From assembly GCA_022813965.1 (NCBI GenBank), contig JALDZS010000051.1, forward strand, positions 62,001 to 126,000: a DNA stretch of 64,000 nucleotides. The letters run 5' to 3'. Positions within the stretch are counted from its first letter, which is position 1, and each line of letters starts with the position of its first letter. Positions 59,251 to 64,000 of the stretch are shown here, piece after piece. Below the pieces are notes generated by a model. The model was not told the DNA's origin, ran no database searches, and worked only from the letters and a program-made list of their open reading frames with translations. Origin of the DNA: Toensbergia leucococca (Eukaryota). The position numbers were made by a program, and so were the translations under genes.

Positions 59251-60605
59251 ATGTCAATCAATCGATTATCATTCCTATATCCTCATCTTTTCAAGACTAT
59301 ACAGACATGTGAGCCTGTTGTGACAAAATCAATACGCCCCCGGCGAAAGCAATCGCAGATAAGAAGCATCAGCACCAGCAACAGTCACAGACAAGAAACC
59401 TACGCTGCTCAACGCTATGGCCCAGCTGCTCTACCTCCACCATCCGTAGAAGGGCTAAAAGCAGCTGCGAAAGAACCCATAAAGGAACTAACAGCATCAT
59501 CGCCGAAACAAGATGACAAAAAGCCCGACGAGGCACCCCGCAAAGAACCCCCCAAGTCCTCACAAGAGGCCACCTCAAATCCTACCTCCCCAAAACCGGC
59601 CTCCGAGGCCAAACCCTCCCTCGCCATTGAGCTCGACGCAAGTGAATCGCACCCTCAAGAATCGCCCGACACCACCGCGCAACAAAACATAAGCAAACCC
59701 CTAGAAACAGTTCTCCAAATGGACCCTCCAAAACCCACCATTGACGCAGACGGCCATAGATTACCCAACTTGCACGCTCCTCCCTACGTCCACCATTTCG
59801 ATACTTTCACCCTAGTCCGCGACCTCGAAAAGGGCGGCTTCACCGAACCCCAAAGCGTCACCATCATGAAAGCCGTCAGGAGCCTCTTAGCCATGAACAT
59901 GGACGTAGCAAAAGAAGGCCTAGTCTCCAAATCTGACGTCGAAAATGTGAGTACTCTCTCCCCTCCCACCAAACCCTACTTCCCCCCATTTCCAAAAAAC
60001 CCCCCAACAATACAAACCCCTCCCCTAACCAAAAATAAAAAAAGGAAACCTACCTCTTCCGCGCCGCCTGCTCCGAACTCCGCACCGAAATCCTCAACAC
60101 CCGCAAAGCCGCCTCCCAAACCACGCGCACCCAACTCTCCCACCTCCAACACGAACTCGACATCCTCTCCCAAAAAGCCACCCAAGACGCCCTCGCCCTA
60201 AAAGACGACCTGCGCGGCCTCCTCGACGAGCGCAAAATGGCCGCCCGCATGGCCCAGCAGGGCCGCGAGAGCGAAATCATGGAGCTGAACTACAAAATCA
60301 GCGTCGGGCTGAACAGCGACAGTAAGAGCCAGGTGGAGGGGTTGAGGTGGGTGTTGACGCGCCGGGCGGCGATGGCGATTGCGAGTATGGCGGTCTTGAT
60401 ACTGGGCAGTTTGCGCTATTCGACGTATCGGATTCACGTGCTGGATCAGGAACGCCGCCTTGCTGCTCCTCCTCCGACTACTACTACGGCCTCGTCGTCG
60501 ACGGGCAGTGGCGGCGGAGGAGGAGGGGGGAACTTCACGGTCCCTTCCCGCGAAATGGCCACGCAGACGACGGATACGGAAGCCGTGCTTACGAATCTGG
60601 GCTAA
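59251..60605 (+). CDS. Mitochondrial DUF1640 (CCDC90/MCUR1/Fmp32-like) coiled-coil protein
   Basis: HHFDTFTLVRDLEKGGF and SKSDVEN|ETYLFRAACSELR; intron 59947-60044; C-terminal TM after EGLRW. Confidence 0.88.
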
Positions 60606-61088
60606 GTAGTCGGGTTTGTGACAAAAAGGGGGACTATCTATCCTAGATTAAGGGAAATGACCCTGCGTTTTATAGATTGACGATGGGGTTTGTTTGGTAG
60701 CTCAACCTTACCCCCCCATTCTTAAAACCTACCTAGTAAAAAGAATACCGTCCTTAGAGTAGGTATGCAATTCCCATAACAGCGCCCCCCCTTTTTCCAC
60801 CTCGCAAACCCATTGCATCCCGAATACTGCAAAATATGCGTTTTCTCCCCGACGTTGAAAAATAGAAAGATATCGATACCCTTTTCTTCCACATAGAATT
60901 TTTACAACAAAGAGGAAAACTAGTCCTCCTATACGAACATACGAGCGTAAAATATTTCAAAAAGCCCGCTCATTGCTTCCCGACTTCAACCGCCTGTGCA
61001 CAAACACAGCCCACAGAAAGAACCACCAAAAGAAGAAAAGAAGCGCCAGACCTCACACAACCCCCCGTGAACAAATCTCCCAACCCTC

Positions 61089-64000
61089 CTAAACCCCACC
61101 AAAACTCAGTTTCAGCGCAATACTCGGCTCACCCCGCGCACCCCCCCTCTCCTCTCCCCTGCCATTCCCGCCCCCACCACCCCCCAAAGCCCCTTCCCTA
61201 AGAACCCCCTCCATAAACCCCCTCTCCTCCCCACTCATCCGCCCCACCACCCCCCGAAAAGTCCCCTGGTCTACACTCGCCAATTCCAGAACCCTAGCCG
61301 CCGTCTCCCTCCACACCTCCTTTCCCTCCGCGGCCGCTCGCGCCAGCAACGTCGGCAGCACGAGACTGAGCGCGGCGGAAACTTGGAGAGTGCCATCTAG
61401 AGTGGCAACGAAAGAAGTGACGCAGTGCGCTACCAGGGCTCGAGCGTTCTCGGGATCGGGTTCCGAGGTGTTGGTAATGAAGCGGAGGAGGCGAGGGAGG
61501 AGATAGCGGGCTGTAGCTTCGGTGGTTGGAGATTTTGGGACCGTGAGGAGTAGGGAGCGGATGCAGCTGGTGGCTACTTTCGCGAGGCCGATGTCTTGGA
61601 GGCAGTCGAGCATGGAGTCTAGGAGACGAGTGAGTAGGGGGTCGGAATGGAGAAAAGTGCTGGAGCCAGTGGTGAGGAGGACGGTGCTTGCTAGGAGGAT
61701 GTTCTTGGCGCAGAGGAGAGAGGTCTCCGATTCGCGGCGTTGGGCGTTAGCGAGGATAGATAGAAACCGGTGGAGGCAGCCACGGAGTTGAAGGGTCAGA
61801 TTTGGGGTTGCTGACGCAGTAGTAGAGGTGATGGTTTGGATGAAGCGGCGAAAAATGGGAAGGGCTTGGGGAACAATGGAGGATTGGCATACGCCTGTGC
61901 TGAGGATTGTGGCAAAGATGTGGAGGATGCTGGCGTATAGATCTGTGCGGATGATGCTAGGGAATACTTCAGACGCATCGACTAGAGCTTCGAGGGATAG
62001 TCGGATCAGGGGAATGGCTTCATCTGGGATCTGCTGGCGGACTGTCGAAGTGGATTCTCTCAGGTTCGGAATGGCGGAGGCCAAGACTAGTACAATGACC
62101 TTGGTGAGTTCAAACAGCTGTTCTATATCGTCGGAGAGATGATCACCGGCATTATCGTCCTCCTTCGCCGATGAATGGGCCGAGCAAAGATTTCTTACGA
62201 TATCCACTGTGACAGCCTGTACGTCCTGACCTTCAGTGAGCACCAAGCGGTTGAAGACTTCAATGGTTTCTGAAAACACGACATCTTGAAAGATTGCGTT
62301 GCCAGACACTGAAGGTCGAAGAATCTTTTTCAGCGCCAAGAGGATCTCCAAAGTTTGCCCTCTGGCATTGGGTGTATCGTTACTAGGATGTGTGACGAGG
62401 GCCTCGATCACGATCCCAAAGAGTACGAAGAAGAAAGCCACCGGCTCATCCCGGTAATTGATCTCGCTTTCTTTCGTAGAGGCTCCGTCGACCCGGGGTC
62501 TATTTGGGTTACCATCAAGGGCGTCAAAAACAAAGTCACTATCCTGATCGATCAGGCTCGCAATAGCGTCGACTAGTTTCAGCCATGAATCTTGGTAGAA
62601 CTTCAGTGAAAGTCAGCTTATTCCACAAAGGACAGCGAAATAGACAGAGACTACCTTCAGCAAAGTCTGCCGGTTCAGTGCAGCATACATTGTATCGAGA
62701 CTTTCATCGAGCCTAGCTGGCCCTGCATTACTCGAGATATCAGGTTCAAACCTTAGGCGTGCAAACTCCTGCAAAGAGGATAGCCATAGAGGAGTGAGTT
62801 TTGCAACGTATGGCTCCACGACTTTCACGAGGTAAGTCTGTTCCACGCTAGCAATTTGAAGCTCAGCCCATGCTGACAAGACTGCCATCTTCACCATAGT
62901 CTGAGCATTCGCGCTGAGGCCTCTCAAATCGCCGACGGCAATATCTTGATCACCGCCTTTGAAACTCAGTCACCGTTTTCGCAAAGGGAGGCACATTGAA
63001 CTCACTGGTAAAGCTATCTAACCCTGCAACTAACAACTTCAGAATTCTGCCCATACGATCAACGTCAGTCACCAGTCCAGTTGCAATGAATGTAGCGCAA
63101 ACGCTCACTGCCGCAGAGGCAAGGGCAGGCGAAGAGTCGGCGCTGAATGCAGGGGTGAGTGCAGAGCTTATCTGAGCCTGATATTGCTCAAGTAGCAGAG
63201 CCTCTGCAAAGTCAGGATCAGGGGTATTTCCAAAGATCTAATACTTGTCAACACAATAACATCGATACATCCTACCAAGATCTCTTACCATCAAAACTTG
63301 ATCTATTATTTTGAGACCAGAAACACATAGCTCAACCACCGAAGACGTCGAAGCAAGGAACGCCATGCGAATCACATCCGCGATTTTGTGCTGTAGAAAA
63401 AGCCCTGCTGACGATTCCGGGTTCGACTCCATGTCGACGCCAATGTTTGCAATCATATGACTCAGGCATTTTAAAGCAAAACCTCGGACTTGCCATTTGA
63501 GAAGTTCCTGACCAGCATCTGCGATGGCCAAATCTTGCTCTTTCACATTGCCAGTTGCGAATCCAGCCACCTCCTCGTCTTGAAGATCTGGTGCAGCAGA
63601 AGCCTTGGTATCGAGAGGTTGAGAAGTATCATCGACTTTTGCTGTACTCTTTGTTAGTACTTGTTGGCAGCGCATGATCCATCGCTCCGTCTCGCTGAGA
63701 CCCGTCTGTTCAATCCAAGTCTCTACAATATTCTGGACACCTTCTTGGTCAGGGTTCTCGTTCAGTGCCAACCAGATCTGTTCATCTAAGCCTTCCTCTG
63801 CGACTTCAAGTACTTGTTCTGAGTCCCGCCGAATGAGACTATAAAGACCATCGATAGCAATTTTGCGAACTGCCTCATGAGTAGAACTAATGTCCTTCTG
63901 TAGTTGGCGTACGTATCTCGGAATATCAACATGACCAGAAGCGTATAGATACACATGCTCCCAGCATCTCAGACCCTGCGCCTGTACTATAGGTAGATCA
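61089..64000 (-). CDS. laa1: 3' part of a HEAT-repeat AP-1 accessory protein (Laa1/HEATR5)
   Basis: DVIRMAF, FGNTPDPDFAEALLLEQYQAQISSALTPAF, VLSAWAEL and C-terminal PSIALKLSFG; several introns; 5' end outside the window. Confidence 0.88.

Overview
Intron-rich eukaryotic DNA from a filamentous ascomycete (Pezizomycotina; GT-AG introns with CTRAC-type branch sites). There is no prokaryotic operon, CRISPR array, rRNA or convincing tRNA. Conserved genes: a CFEM GPI protein, formin SepA/Bni1, formate dehydrogenase, Mso1, glucosidase I, an MMTAG2-like gene, mitochondrial LeuRS, an MFS transporter, a Cyc2-like oxidoreductase, a LAT-type amino acid permease, Mtq1/HemK, Cog1, a DUF1640 protein and a Laa1/HEATR5 protein. 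Two accessory/decayed zones (about 1.3-5.6 kb and 26.3-43.6 kb) hold AT-rich repeat relics, pseudogenes, a Ty3/Gypsy integrase relic and secreted Cys-rich proteins. The best candidate system is a head-to-head pair at 35.3-40.7 kb: a HeLo-pseudokinase with MLKL-like motifs, split by one in-frame TGA, facing a catalytically intact non-RD kinase with ankyrin repeats. This resembles a fungal RIPK3/MLKL-type cell-death module. Other highlights: an FDH 5' end where an intron-like segment encodes a mitochondrial presequence and ends at a zero-length exon (CAG|GT), an 80-bp MITE with perfect 29-bp TIRs and a 4-bp TSD, a tandem array of 24-bp palindromes, and a CpG/CpC-biased mutation signature. Gene models and family calls were made by eye from motifs; no searches were run.
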